A stretch of 64,000 bases of DNA from Candidatus Latescibacterota bacterium. GTDB taxonomy: Bacteria; Latescibacterota; UBA2968; UBA8231. Made by a program: the position numbers and the translations under genes. The notes beneath the pieces are model-generated. The model searched no databases and was not told the origin of the DNA. It saw only the letters and a program-made list of their open reading frames with translations. Below are positions 39,812-50,350 of the stretch, one piece after another (within the stretch, counting starts at the first letter, position 1; every line of letters starts with the position of its first letter). The DNA is taken from contig OZ242214.1 in the NCBI GenBank assembly GCA_965206595.1, forward strand, positions 4,864,001 through 4,928,000, given 5' to 3'.

Positions 39812-40750
39812 CTATCCCCTGCGCGAAAGCCGCCAGACATCCGGCTCCATATTGTTTCCGGCCACCATCCACAGAGACCCCTCGAAGACGAACACGCTCC
39901 CCGCATGCCGGGGAGCCCAGGGAGTATCGGGCAATTCGGTCCAGTCCACGCCGTCGGGCGAATGCCACACATCGCGGCGATTCCCGCTCTCTGCCGCCCA
40001 GCCTTCGAGCACCCACATGCGGCCGTCGAACGCGGCCACCTCGTGGTATTGCCTTGGCGCCCAGGGAGCGTGCGTCACGTGCTGTTCCCAGTTCACCCCG
40101 TCTTCCGAACTCCACACATCGTTGTAGAACTTCCGGACAGGAGTCGCAGGCGTATCGTATGTGCCCCCGCCGAGAACCCACATCCTGTCGTCGTGCACGA
40201 CGGCCCCTCCGATCATCCCCCTGGGGGCCCACGGAGCGCCCTCGTTGACCAGGGTCCAGCTGATCCCATCTTCCGAACTCCACACGTCGTTGTGGAAAAC
40301 CTCATCAGCGCCGGCAAACTCAGGCATCGTCTGTCCGCCCATTACCCAGATCCGGCCCTCGAAGGCGGCGGTATAATGAAGCGCCCGGGGAGCCCACGGC
40401 ACGCGATCGTTCGCCAGCTCCCAATGAATGCCGTCGGCACTGCTCCAGACATCGTTCTGATAATGGCCTTGATTGCAGTCGCCGCCCACGATCCACATCC
40501 GGCCGTCATTCACCGCGTAACCTGCCGTATGCCTACCCTCCCAGGGCGCCTGAGGATTCTCCAGCGTCCAGGCGGCGCCGTCCGCCGACGACCAGACCTC
40601 GCTGTTGCAGATCAGGGGGAAATGGACTTTATCCCCGGGGTTCCATCCGCCCAGCAGCCACATCCTGTCCCTGAACACCAGCGCCCCAGCGCCATCTCGA
40701 GCCGCGAAGGCCCCTTTCTCAGCTACCAGGCGCCACTCGTATTTCGCCAT
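39812..40750 (-). CDS. Kelch-repeat protein
   Basis: About six repeats of MWV.GG...NDVWSS.DG..W...APW.PR. Confidence 0.85.
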   Translation of the reverse strand: MAKYEWRLVAEKGAFAARDGAGALVFRDRMWLLGGWNPGDKVHFPLICNSEVWSSADGAAWTLENPQAPWEGRHTAGYAVNDGRMWIVGGDCNQGHYQNDVWSSADGIHWELANDRVPWAPRALHYTAAFEGRIWVMGGQTMPEFAGADEVFHNDVWSSEDGISWTLVNEGAPWAPRGMIGGAVVHDDRMWVLGGGTYDTPATPVRKFYNDVWSSEDGVNWEQHVTHAPWAPRQYHEVAAFDGRMWVLEGWAAESGNRRDVWHSPDGVDWTELPDTPWAPRHAGSVFVFEGSLWMVAGNNMEPDVWRLSRRG

Positions 40751-41033
40751 TTGTTTTTCAAATTCCTGATTACAGATACATACTCAAACTTTCAACTTCA
40801 CGATTTTCTATAGAAAAGCCACGGACTCAAGATCTCGAAATCTCTTGATTCCAGGACACGTAACAATTTAAATTCTGGCGGATTTCTAACCCGTCTCTTT
40901 GTATCGGTATGCAAACGGTTGCCCAAACACATTGACCGTAACTCGAGGTTGTCGTCGTGCCTGCCACTTGCAGTATACGTGAGCCCTCCAGCGTGCGGGC
41001 CGCCCTGGCCCACCGGGGCGGCTCGCTTCCAAT

Positions 41034-42486
41034 TTGAGACCGGATTCGACCCTGTTCGCGCGGATCGGGGGCGCTGTGTTGTCGGAAGAATCATCGACGG
41101 TCTGTATGATCGCATCGAGAAAGACGTCGAACTACGTCCCATGTTCACCCGGACGTTCACTTCCGAACGCATGAAGCAGAAGGCCTTCATGGAAGGGTGG
41201 ATGGACGGTGAACCGGATTACACCCGTCATCATGCCCACGGCGGTATCAAAAGAATCCGCGAAGCGGTGGCTGATGCATATGACCGCGTCGCTGCGTGAC
41301 AACGTCGGGGAGGAGCGGCTCGTCGATGAAGTTCTTTCGACGCTCGGACCCCTCGCTCACGGCCTCGTCAACGAGGATAAACCCCCGCAAAACCGGTGGC
41401 AACTGCGATGCCACAGGGAGAATAGATGCAGGCAGCCGGCCAAACTGGCGGCTCGGGGTCAACTGGAGGAACTGAAACGACTCCTGGACGAAGATCCCGC
41501 CATTTTGAGTGATCCGCGCCAGGGGCGATTCTCCTGGTTGAAGCTGCCTCGCGGGGACGCACCGCCGTAGCGGCCATGCTGCTGGAACGGGGAGGGGACG
41601 TCAACCTGCCGGCGCCGCACACGAGCGATCTCATGATGACCCCTTACTGCCCCTCCCGCTACAAAAATAAACTCGAAACCTCCGGTTTTCTTCTGAACCA
41701 TGGAGCCGTGTACGACATCTTCAGCGCCTGTTTTCTCGGCGATCTGGATCGGATATCGACGCTGCTCCAGGAAGTACCCGATCTGGTCAATGCACACGAT
41801 CCTGCCTGCGATCACCTTCCCGTAACCCCCATCCATCATGCCGTCTATGCCGGACACGAAGAGGTCGTGGGGTTCCTCTTCGAAATGGGTGCCGAACCTG
41901 GTATCAACAGCACTCCACTGGTCAGGTACGCCGCCGGTCGAGGACAGACGCGCCTGCTCAGGCTGTTGCTGAAGCGCGGCGCCGACGCCTCGAGGACAGG
42001 CTGCGGACGCTGGGTCCTCGATCAGGACACCTCCGCCCTCCTGATGAGTCACGGGGCCGACGTCAACTGCCCCGAAGGGGCCTGGGTGTGGACGGCATGT
42101 ACGGGAAACAACAGCCAGAGGGACGACCCCCGTTACGTCCAGGCCCTGCTGGACCCCGAATCGACACGGTACTGCGCGTCGCCCAGGCGCTGCACTATGC
42201 ATCCAAGGCGGGATTCACGGGTGTAATGGAAGTACTGCTGAAAAACCATGCCCCGGTCGACGCGCGGAGCGACATGGGGGAGACGCCCCTGTTTTTCGCG
42301 CTGAAGGCCGGACCGCGGACGAACATGGTGAGAACCGTCGAGCTGCTTCTATCGCATGGGGCGGATCCCCACCGGGAAGACGATTCCGGAAAAACACCCT
42401 GGAGTATCGCCCGCCGCATGCGGCACCCGGACGCGGGCGAAATCATCGCGCTGTTCGACGCCGCCAGCTCTCGCCAGACGGCGTGA
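41034..42486 (+). pseudogene. Truncated (2/2) haemoglobin fused to ankyrin repeats, with at least four frame breaks
   Basis: STLFARIGG / IIDGLYDRIEKDVELRPMF...QKAF / RWLMHM...AHGLVN, then ankyrin motifs (TPIHHAV, TPLVRYAA, ALHYAS, GETPLFFAL). Breaks at ~41068, ~41250, ~41525 and ~42160. Confidence 0.7.
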
Positions 42487-42562
42487 TTTCCGAAGCTGTT
42501 GCCATATCAGCTGGGGGAGTTATATTTCGACTCATTATGACTCTCAATAATGGTTCGCGCAC

Positions 42563-42802
42563 ATGAAATCTCTCACAATACACATGGACGAGGCCTTGGA
42601 CCGTCGCGTTCGAGAAAAGGCAGCGAGTGAAGGAGTCAGCCTGAACCGGACCGTGACTCGCGTGCTGCGGGAGGCGTTGGGACTCAATCCCAAGAGCAAC
42701 CGGGCCCAATTCGAAGACCATATCGGCGTCTGGAGCGAGGAGGAAAAACGCGAGTTCGACGCGCTGACCAGACGGGATGTCGACCCACGGGACTGGCAAT
42801 GA
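42563..42802 (+). CDS. RHH antitoxin (VapB-like)
   Basis: MKSLTIH...EGVSLN; ATGA overlap with the PIN gene. Confidence 0.82.
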   Translation: MKSLTIHMDEALDRRVREKAASEGVSLNRTVTRVLREALGLNPKSNRAQFEDHIGVWSEEEKREFDALTRRDVDPRDWQ

Positions 42803-43188
42803 AGGTCCTGCTCGACACCAACGCGTTGAGTGCCCTGTGGCACGGCGACGAGCGCATACTCGAAGCCCTCGACCAGGCCGAGCAGGTTCTCCTGTCCGTT
42901 ATCGTTTTGGGTGAACTGCACGCCGGCTTCAGGGGCGGCAGCCGGCTGGTTGAAAACCGGGCCCGCCTGAACGACTTCCTTGGCAAGCCTCTTGTCGAGA
43001 CCCTCGAGGTATCCGCAGAGACGTCCGAAGTCTATGGCCAGATCAAAGATTCTTTGCGCAAGGCAGGTAATCCGATTCCCATCAACGACGTTTGGCTGTC
43101 CGCCCAAGCGATAGAGATCGGGGCTGTGCTGGTTACCTTCGACGAACACTTTCGCCATGTTGCAGGTCTGCGGCGATGGGAGTTCTGA
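42799..43188 (+). CDS. vapC: PIN-domain toxin (VapC)
   Basis: LLDTNAL, GEL, PINDVW, TFDEHF. Confidence 0.9.
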   Translation: MKVLLDTNALSALWHGDERILEALDQAEQVLLSVIVLGELHAGFRGGSRLVENRARLNDFLGKPLVETLEVSAETSEVYGQIKDSLRKAGNPIPINDVWLSAQAIEIGAVLVTFDEHFRHVAGLRRWEF

Positions 43189-43366
43189 TTCGAATCGGCA
43201 ATCGACTGGACGCAGGGACGCCCCCGCGAGTGAGCGTTGATTGACGTGAGTTCAGGCGACGATGCGACCCCGGCGACGGAAACTCCTCGCACCGAGCCGG
43301 GCCCTCTGCCTACCCCCTGGCCAGCTAGCCGATCGCCCGGGCAACTGACAGCGAAAGAAACCTGAG

Positions 43367-44443
43367 ATGAATCGCAAAGACCCCGATACAGACTGGTTTG
43401 CAGTTGAACCGCCCGAGCCCCCCAATCAGGGGATCATGTTCGTCGATCATGCCAGGGCCGGCCGCAGCGGTCACCTGGGCCACGCCCTGGTCGAGTACGC
43501 GCCGGGCAGGATACTGGCCTTCTACGCCAACTGCTCCGATTTCCAGAAGGGCCACAGCGGGGATGGCTGGATGGAGTTCAAGCGCTCGGAGGACGGCGGA
43601 CGCACCTGGAGCGAGCCCGCGGCCCTCGAATACTCAAGGCAGACCTACGACCAGGGGGTGGGGCACTCGGTCATGTGCGAAAAGGCGCTGCGAGCCGACG
43701 ACGGAGCGATCCTCCTGTTCAACCTGGAGTGCCGCGGCAAGGGCTGGCAGCCGCTGGCGGTTCCGACCTGTCTGCGCAGCACCGATTGCGGTTCCACCTG
43801 GGAACCCGCAAGACCCATCGGCGATGAGCCCGCGCGCATCTGGGATGCAATTCTTCACGAAGCCTGCATTCTCGTCCTGGAGCTGTGCAACGACAGCGCT
43901 GTCCATTGGTACGGCAACCTGCCGGACCACCGTTACGCTCTCCATGTCAGCCAGGACAACGGTCTCACCTTCTCCCGACGCAGCATCCTTCCCCTCGACG
44001 TTCAGGGACGCGGTTACGGGACCATGGCCACTCTGCCCGACGGCAGGCTCATCGCCTATGTCTACAACATCGATGACGAAAAGCATCTCGACTACGTGAC
44101 CAGCGACGACGGCGGTTGCACGTGGAGCTCCGTGCAAACCGCCTTCATGGCCAAGAAAATTCGCAACCCGCAGATGGCGGCGTTCAGGGACGGCTTCGTT
44201 CTGCACGGCCGCAGTGGCAACAAGGGCGAGGGGAGGAATCACTTCGTCCTCTATTCCTCGCGGGATGGAGAGAATTGGGACGCCGGCCGTTATCTACGCA
44301 TGGGCGAAGCGGGGGCCGGCGCCTACTCCAACAACCTGATCGTCAGAAACCCGGACACAGGGCTGCCTGAAGGATTGCTCATCCAGGCTTCTCACGCCTA
44401 CGAGGAACACATGACCAATGTGCTGCATTGGTGGTTGCGATAG
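43367..44443 (+). CDS. Sialidase-like BNR/Asp-box protein
   Basis: Five Asp boxes (SEDGGRTW, STDCGSTW, SQDNGLTF, SDDGGCTW, SRDGENW). Confidence 0.8.
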   Translation: MNRKDPDTDWFAVEPPEPPNQGIMFVDHARAGRSGHLGHALVEYAPGRILAFYANCSDFQKGHSGDGWMEFKRSEDGGRTWSEPAALEYSRQTYDQGVGHSVMCEKALRADDGAILLFNLECRGKGWQPLAVPTCLRSTDCGSTWEPARPIGDEPARIWDAILHEACILVLELCNDSAVHWYGNLPDHRYALHVSQDNGLTFSRRSILPLDVQGRGYGTMATLPDGRLIAYVYNIDDEKHLDYVTSDDGGCTWSSVQTAFMAKKIRNPQMAAFRDGFVLHGRSGNKGEGRNHFVLYSSRDGENWDAGRYLRMGEAGAGAYSNNLIVRNPDTGLPEGLLIQASHAYEEHMTNVLHWWLR

Positions 44444-44483
44444 TGGCTCTCGTGTGCGCGGCAGTCGCCCCGAGCCCCGGCGT

Positions 44484-45260
44484 CTAGCCCGCCGGCCGTA
44501 CTCGTGACCGCTGCTCCTCGGTCATGTCGTCCGCCACTTCGGGGCCGTGCGTTCCGAAGCTCATGAAGCCCGGGGTGTAGCGATAGATCAGAGCGCGGCG
44601 CTGATGTTCGCCGTTCCACTTCAGGGTGCCGTGGGTGCAGGCCTCGACGAAGATCACGGCATCGCCCGCCCGGACGTGAATCTCCTTGACCAGCTCCTGG
44701 TGTGCTTCGTAGAACTGCAGCGCCTGCGGCAGGGGGTAATTCGACTTGTGGCCGCCGGGGACGATCGCCAGGCCGCCGTCGCCGGGTCCCTCGTCGGAAA
44801 GCATGAACTCCACGACGGTCATGCCGCAGTAGATCCTGCCGTGTTTCCACATGTAGGTCTGGGTGAAGTCGGGCCGCTCGACTCCGCCGCCGTGCAGGTA
44901 GTGGCCGGCACACCCCTTCTCCATGGTCACCAGGTCGGGCCCGACGTTGATGCGCCAGCCGCTTCCGAGGATTTCGGTCAGGCAGGAGCTGACGCGCGGG
45001 TGCACGAGCAGTTCGCGGAAGGGTTCGCACCAGGGGGCGTCCCAGGTGAGCATGCCGGACATCCAATGCTGCCGAACCTCGCTCGCCAGCACCTGCGAGT
45101 CGCCTTCCAACCGCCGTTCGTGGGGCTCGAGCTGATCGGCGTGATGATCTATGGCCCGGTTGCACCGCGCCACCTGGTCCGGCGACATCACTTCCCGAAG
45201 CACGAGGTAACCGTTCAGGTCGAAGACGTACTTCTCGTCGTCGTTCACTGTCCGCTCCAT
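44484..45260 (-). CDS. PhyH-like dioxygenase
   Basis: FDLNGYLVL, GGLAIVPGGHK, distal His (CTHG), QRRAL. Confidence 0.78.
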   Translation of the reverse strand: MERTVNDDEKYVFDLNGYLVLREVMSPDQVARCNRAIDHHADQLEPHERRLEGDSQVLASEVRQHWMSGMLTWDAPWCEPFRELLVHPRVSSCLTEILGSGWRINVGPDLVTMEKGCAGHYLHGGGVERPDFTQTYMWKHGRIYCGMTVVEFMLSDEGPGDGGLAIVPGGHKSNYPLPQALQFYEAHQELVKEIHVRAGDAVIFVEACTHGTLKWNGEHQRRALIYRYTPGFMSFGTHGPEVADDMTEEQRSRVRPAG

Positions 45261-45934
45261 TCAACTTCGCGCCTTTTTTCCAACCGGCTCGAGACTTCCT
45301 TTTCCACATCCTCGTGATCTATCTTGCCCACCCACTGAGCTACGATCTGACCGTCCCGGTCGAGAAGAAACATTGCAGGAATCGCTTTCACCTTGAACTG
45401 ATGCCAGGCGGGCGTCTGTTTCGCGTCAACGAAGATGGGGTATGTAATGTCCATTTTTTCCACCATCTTCTTGATCTTCCTGCCCCGGTCCTTGTCTTCA
45501 TCTATGGACACACCCAGAACTTCAACCCCCTTGTCGGAAAAAGCGCTGTAGAGTTGTTGCAACCGGGGCATGGTCTCGAGACAAGGTTTGCACCAGGTCG
45601 CCCAGAAATCCACGAGCACGATTTTGCCGTTCAAATCTCCCAACGCCTTGTCCCCGCCCTCCAGCATTTCAACGACGAAGGGTGGTGCAGGTCGTGGAAA
45701 TACCGGCGGTAAATAGGCCAAGGGATCCGCGGCGAATTCCATTTTACAATCTCTGGAACAAAAGTAATACGTCTTGCCTTCATGTTCCGAATAGGCCTTG
45801 ACCTTTTCCAACTCGGTCTCGCCGGCCTTCAATGCACAGACACTGCAAAGTGCCTTGTCGGGAATCTGAGCTTCAGCCATAAGCGAAGCCGAACCGGCAA
45901 GGAAAATCAGAACCCAAAATTTGCTATAACGCAT
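45245..45934 (-). CDS. Exported YHS domain + TlpA-like thioredoxin
   Basis: Signal peptide, CSVC...HEGKTYYFCSRDC (YHS/TRASH), DFWATWCKPC, cis-Pro motif AIP. Confidence 0.88.
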   Translation of the reverse strand: MRYSKFWVLIFLAGSASLMAEAQIPDKALCSVCALKAGETELEKVKAYSEHEGKTYYFCSRDCKMEFAADPLAYLPPVFPRPAPPFVVEMLEGGDKALGDLNGKIVLVDFWATWCKPCLETMPRLQQLYSAFSDKGVEVLGVSIDEDKDRGRKIKKMVEKMDITYPIFVDAKQTPAWHQFKVKAIPAMFLLDRDGQIVAQWVGKIDHEDVEKEVSSRLEKRREVEWSGQ

Positions 45935-45946
45935 TGATCCTCCACG

Positions 45947-46615
45947 CTAAAATCCGAGAGAAAACGAAACACCCATGGTTTCAAGCCACACATACATCAA
46001 GCTGACCCCGTATTGAGCAGCGAAATAATTCAGCATCGCATGCCCCCGGTCGCCATCGTACATCGGTCGAAATGAAAAGCCCTTGCCCAATTCAACCCCC
46101 GCGCCGAAGGGAACATTGATGCCCCCATCCCATTCCGAATAATTCAGACTGCCGTAAAGAGAAGTCCGCAACCGCGGAATATATTTACTTACAGTCGCGA
46201 AGTAAGACTGCTCGCCTGCCGGCGAACCAATTCGATCCGAGCTCGTGCCCAGAAAGAGCGCCGGACGCGTCTCTGTTTCCGTCAACAAAAATAGAGTCAC
46301 AAGAGGTCCTGCCTCTTGTGCTTTCGGATTCAGCTCAACCCCGACCTGCAGGCGTCGATGCAGGCTGTAATTGGCGGTAAACCGCCACTGCGGACGGTCC
46401 ATCGACGTATCTACATACCGCCCCGAAAATGCATATTTCGTATGAATGCCACTCCCCCGGAGCGGTGCGCCTTCGCCAGGTCAGCCCACTCAGGTAGGCG
46501 TCATCGAAAATGTCGGCCGTTCACTCCGCGTAGAATCCGGCTGCGTTTCCTGTGCAAGAACAGGTGATGTGCCCAGGTATATGGCCAAAAGAAAAAGAGG
46601 AAAGTTCATCATCAT
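45947..46615 (-). CDS. Putative double-selenocysteine (UxxU) exported beta-barrel-like protein, 222 aa
   Basis: Signal peptide, in-frame TGA at 46492-46490 and 46483-46481 (codons 42 and 45), then an open frame continuous with ORF 45947-46402, ending VSFSLGF. Confidence 0.72.
46449..46465 (-). promoter_or_regulatory. Candidate bacterial SECIS hairpin
   Basis: CCGCUCC-GGG-GGAGUGG; the G-rich loop lies 22 nt after the second UGA and 31 nt after the first. Confidence 0.5.
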
Positions 46616-47024
46616 GTTCCGTCTGCATAGATAGAAAGGTGTATGCATACAAAAAACGTCTCCCGACCCATCGCCGCAATCCTGTGCAAGGACCCGCACC
46701 TTGCGCCCCCGCTGCGATCCCGGCCACTTCGCCTTCAGATGAATGGGTGCAACGCGGAAAATTGCAACGGCGGTCGGATTTACCTGGCCAATGCCTCCCG
46801 ACCGCGATGGAGAGCGCCAAACCCAGGGCTTTCTGGCTTCCAGCCACCGCGCCGGGAACCGGTGGACCAGGCCGGCTTCCAGAAGGTACATTCGCGCACC
46901 GGGGCAACGGGATGCCCCCCCGATTTCGGAGTGGCTTCGTCGAGAGCTGAGTGATCCGGCGCCCCGCAACCCAACGCAGCGAACATCCCCCTGCATCGGT
47001 AATGCAAAGGAAAAGGAGTGGACT

Positions 47025-47348
47025 ATGTATTCAACTGGACAGACGTACCAGCTCAGACCCGGCTTCTACGACCAGTACAAGAAAGCCCACGATGAGCTGT
47101 GGCCCGGGCTGGCAGAGGCGATGGCCGCCAAGGGGGTGAACATGGTGATCTACCGGTACGGAGACCGCCTGTTCCTCTACGCCACGGCGCCGTCACAGGA
47201 GCATTTCGAGCAGAGTCACGCCGGGGATAAAGCCCAGGAATGGCTGGAGTACATGGCGACGATGATGGTCACCGGAGAGGACGGCAAGACCATCGTCGAA
47301 GAGATGGAAATGGCCTTTTCGTTCGGTGCCTTCAAGGCTGATGACTAG
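47025..47348 (+). CDS. L-rhamnose mutarotase family protein
   Basis: YKKAHDELWP motif; AAGGAG RBS before ATG 47025. Confidence 0.82.
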   Translation: MYSTGQTYQLRPGFYDQYKKAHDELWPGLAEAMAAKGVNMVIYRYGDRLFLYATAPSQEHFEQSHAGDKAQEWLEYMATMMVTGEDGKTIVEEMEMAFSFGAFKADD

Positions 47349-47445
47349 TCCCTCTGCATGGCGTTGATGGGGGACCTCGAACTCCGATGAAAGATCCGAT
47401 GCGGACCGGAGCCGTTCACCTTGGCGAACAAAGAGGAGCAATTCC

Positions 47446-48336
47446 ATGCGTTTGCAAGACAAGGTGGCCCTGATCACCGGGGCGGGCAGCAATATCGGAC
47501 GGGCAATGGCCCGCTTGTTCGCCCGCGAGGGCGCGGCGGTGGTGGTCGGCGATACGGACGAGGTCGGAGGCGGCGAAACCGTGCGGCTCATCGAAGCGTC
47601 CGGAGGTCGGGCATGTTCGGTCGCCGGCGACGTCGGCACGACGCAGGGGCTGCGTCTGAGCATCGACCGGGCGGTGGAGACCTATGGGCGGCTCGACATA
47701 TTCCTGAGCAATGCCACTTCCGGGGCCTCGGGCACCATTGCCCGGTTCGACAGGGCCGGGGCGGAAAAGCTGTTGATGGTCAACCTCATGGCGCTGATGG
47801 AAGGGGCCCACTACTGCCTGCCCCACATGCAGCAGGCAGGCGGCGGCGCCATTGTCGCCACCTCCTCGGTGCAGGCCCTGGTGGGGGTCCCCGGACATCC
47901 TGCCTACGGGGCGGCCAAGGCCGGCATGCTGGGGGCGGTGCGCAGCATGGCGGTGGAATTGTGGCCTTGCAAAGTGCGAGTCAACGCCGTGTGCCCGGGC
48001 AGTGCTTCGGGCAAGACCTGGAACGTGATCGACGAGTTGGGCGAAGAGTACCTGCCCGAATTCGAGGCGCGCTTTGGCAGGGAGATGCGCCATTTGCCCC
48101 TGCCCGTGTCCACCGACCCGATGGCCATTGCCCAGGCGGCGCTGTTTCTGGCCTCGGACGAAGCCAGCTACATCACCGGGCAACACCTGTCGGTCGACGC
48201 CGGCCTCGCCCTGTTGCACTACAGCGTCTTCCACGGACCCGAGCCGCTCGACACGCCGCAGGCAAAAAGCCGGCGGCAAAGCGAATTGCAAGCGGAATTC
48301 GAGGCGTGGTTGGCAGCGAAGAAAGAAGAGCGCTAA
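47446..48336 (+). CDS. Short-chain dehydrogenase/reductase
   Basis: TGAGSNIG, YGAAK, RVNAVCPG. Confidence 0.92.
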   Translation: MRLQDKVALITGAGSNIGRAMARLFAREGAAVVVGDTDEVGGGETVRLIEASGGRACSVAGDVGTTQGLRLSIDRAVETYGRLDIFLSNATSGASGTIARFDRAGAEKLLMVNLMALMEGAHYCLPHMQQAGGGAIVATSSVQALVGVPGHPAYGAAKAGMLGAVRSMAVELWPCKVRVNAVCPGSASGKTWNVIDELGEEYLPEFEARFGREMRHLPLPVSTDPMAIAQAALFLASDEASYITGQHLSVDAGLALLHYSVFHGPEPLDTPQAKSRRQSELQAEFEAWLAAKKEER

Positions 48337-49083
48337 ATGGCGGAGCGGTCCTACGATCCGGTCGTGTGCCGGGTGGAAGCTCTGGCGAGCCGGGGCCGGA
48401 CGGTGGAAACCATCGGGGTGGTCGAGGGCCACCCGGTTTTCTGCATCCGTGCGGGCTCGCCCCGGCGGCTGCGGGTCCTGCTGACCGGTGGGGTCCACGG
48501 CGACGAGCCGGCCGGGGTGGAGGCGATCCTGGGCTTTGTCGAAGAGGACATGGGCCCCTGGCTCGGGCAGGTGGAGTTCACTGCGGTGCCCTGCGTCAAT
48601 CCCGTGGGGTACGTGCGCGACACCCGCGACAACGGGGGCGGAGCGGACATCAACCGCTCTTTCGAGAGCACCGATGTGCCCGAAGTGCAACTGGTCAGGA
48701 AGGTGCTGGAGGGGAGTCGGCTGGACGCATTCGTCGATTGCCACGAAGACTGGGAGGCCGATGGCTTTTACATGTACGAGGGGCTGCGACAAGGCACAGC
48801 CGCAGGACCAGCCGTCATTGGCACAGTTGCAGAGCATGCTTCCATCGATCCGGACAGCGGCGAGGACAGTGAACCCGTTTCCCCGGGCGTGTTCGCGATT
48901 TCCCCGTCCTGGGGCCTGGTAGGGCTGGGGCCCTATGTGTTGCACGGACACGCCTCCCGCGCATGCATCTTTGAAACGCCGACTGAATGGCCTCTGGAGA
49001 AACGGGTTGCCGTGCACCGGGTGGGGCTGGACACCGCCCTGCGGCATTGGACGGGAGAACAGAGGTCTCTACGGACCGAATAA
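48337..49083 (+). CDS. M14-like zinc hydrolase (succinylglutamate desuccinylase/aspartoacylase family)
   Basis: GVHGDEPAG, DINRSF, DCHED, FETP. Confidence 0.82.
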   Translation: MAERSYDPVVCRVEALASRGRTVETIGVVEGHPVFCIRAGSPRRLRVLLTGGVHGDEPAGVEAILGFVEEDMGPWLGQVEFTAVPCVNPVGYVRDTRDNGGGADINRSFESTDVPEVQLVRKVLEGSRLDAFVDCHEDWEADGFYMYEGLRQGTAAGPAVIGTVAEHASIDPDSGEDSEPVSPGVFAISPSWGLVGLGPYVLHGHASRACIFETPTEWPLEKRVAVHRVGLDTALRHWTGEQRSLRTE

Positions 49084-49180
49084 TGAAGCGGCGCTTGCGG
49101 AACGCCCTACCGGCCGCAGTACAAGGGCCAGCCCTCTGTCCCCGATGAAATCCAGTCGAATCGCGCTCGGCAACCGGGGG

Positions 49181-50269
49181 CTAGTGTCCTGTCGCAGAGA
49201 TTCGTTCACAAAGTCTCTTGATTTTGGCGAGGATGGAATCCGCCGTAGCCGTCCAGACGAAAGGGTGTGCGTTGGCGTTCCATTTGGCCGTGTAGCGTTC
49301 GATTCGCTCGATGAGCTCCGACACCTTGCGGAACGAATCGCGCCGAACCGCCTGGCGGGTGAGGATATTGAACCAGATCTCCACCTGATTGAGCCACGAA
49401 GCATACGTGGGAGTGTAGTGAAGGTGAAATCGGGGACGCCGTGCCAGCCATCGCTTGACCTTGGCATGCTTATGCGTGGCGTAGTTGTCGACGACGAGAT
49501 GAATATCGAGGTCAGCGGGCACGTTGGCCTCGATGTGGCGCAGGAACTGGAGGAACTCCTGGTGACGATGACGGGGCTTGCACTGGGTCATCACTTCCCC
49601 GGTGGCGATGTCCAGGGCGGCAAACAGGGTGGTGGTGCCGTGCCGCTTGTAGTCGTGCGTAATCCCTTCCACGTATCCCAGTCCCAGGGGCAGTATGGGC
49701 TGACTTCGTTCCAACGCCTGGATCTGGCTCTTCTCGTCCACGCACAGCACCAGGGCGTGCTCGGGGGGATTCAGGTACAAGCCGACGATATCCCGTACTT
49801 TGTCGACAAAGAAAGGATCGGTGGAAAGCTTGAAGCGCTTGTGTCGATGGGGCTGCAAACCATACGTGCGCCAAATGCGATGAACCGCGTCCTTGGTCAG
49901 GCCGGTTTCTTCGCCCATGGAGCGCACCGACCACTGTGTTTCGTCTTTGGGCTTGGTCTTCAGGGTCTTGTATACCACCTCGGCTACCTGCTCGTCCGTG
50001 ATCGATCGCGGCGCCCCTGAACGTAGTTCATCATACAAGCCATTGAGTCCGTTGTCGAGAAAACGCCGGCGCCATTTGCCCACCGTAGCTCGCGTCACAC
50101 CCACCGCGGAAGCGACCGCTTCATTGGGCCAGCCATCGGCGGCCAGCAGCACCATCTCGGCTCGCCGCACCAATCCGTGGGGAAGACTTCGTGATTTGGC
50201 CATCGATTCCAGTCGTTCCCGGTCCGACGGACTCAGCTCTAACGGCGTTAATGGACGCCCCGTCACCAT
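49181..50269 (-). CDS. IS630 family transposase
   Basis: HTH domain, [27 protein letters not shown]. Confidence 0.95.
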   Translation of the reverse strand: MVTGRPLTPLELSPSDRERLESMAKSRSLPHGLVRRAEMVLLAADGWPNEAVASAVGVTRATVGKWRRRFLDNGLNGLYDELRSGAPRSITDEQVAEVVYKTLKTKPKDETQWSVRSMGEETGLTKDAVHRIWRTYGLQPHRHKRFKLSTDPFFVDKVRDIVGLYLNPPEHALVLCVDEKSQIQALERSQPILPLGLGYVEGITHDYKRHGTTTLFAALDIATGEVMTQCKPRHRHQEFLQFLRHIEANVPADLDIHLVVDNYATHKHAKVKRWLARRPRFHLHYTPTYASWLNQVEIWFNILTRQAVRRDSFRKVSELIERIERYTAKWNANAHPFVWTATADSILAKIKRLCERISATGH

Positions 50270-50350
50270 AGGTCTCTCCTTTCAGAAGGGGGATAAGGGA
50301 AACCTACGGCACTTTCAATTGTTTGTACAGTTAATTACACGACATGACAC
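49184..50350 (-). mobile_element. Intact IS630 family element
   Basis: Terminal inverted repeats GTGTCCTGTCG / GTGTCATGTCG, each flanked by TA (49182-49183, 50351-50352). Confidence 0.92.
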
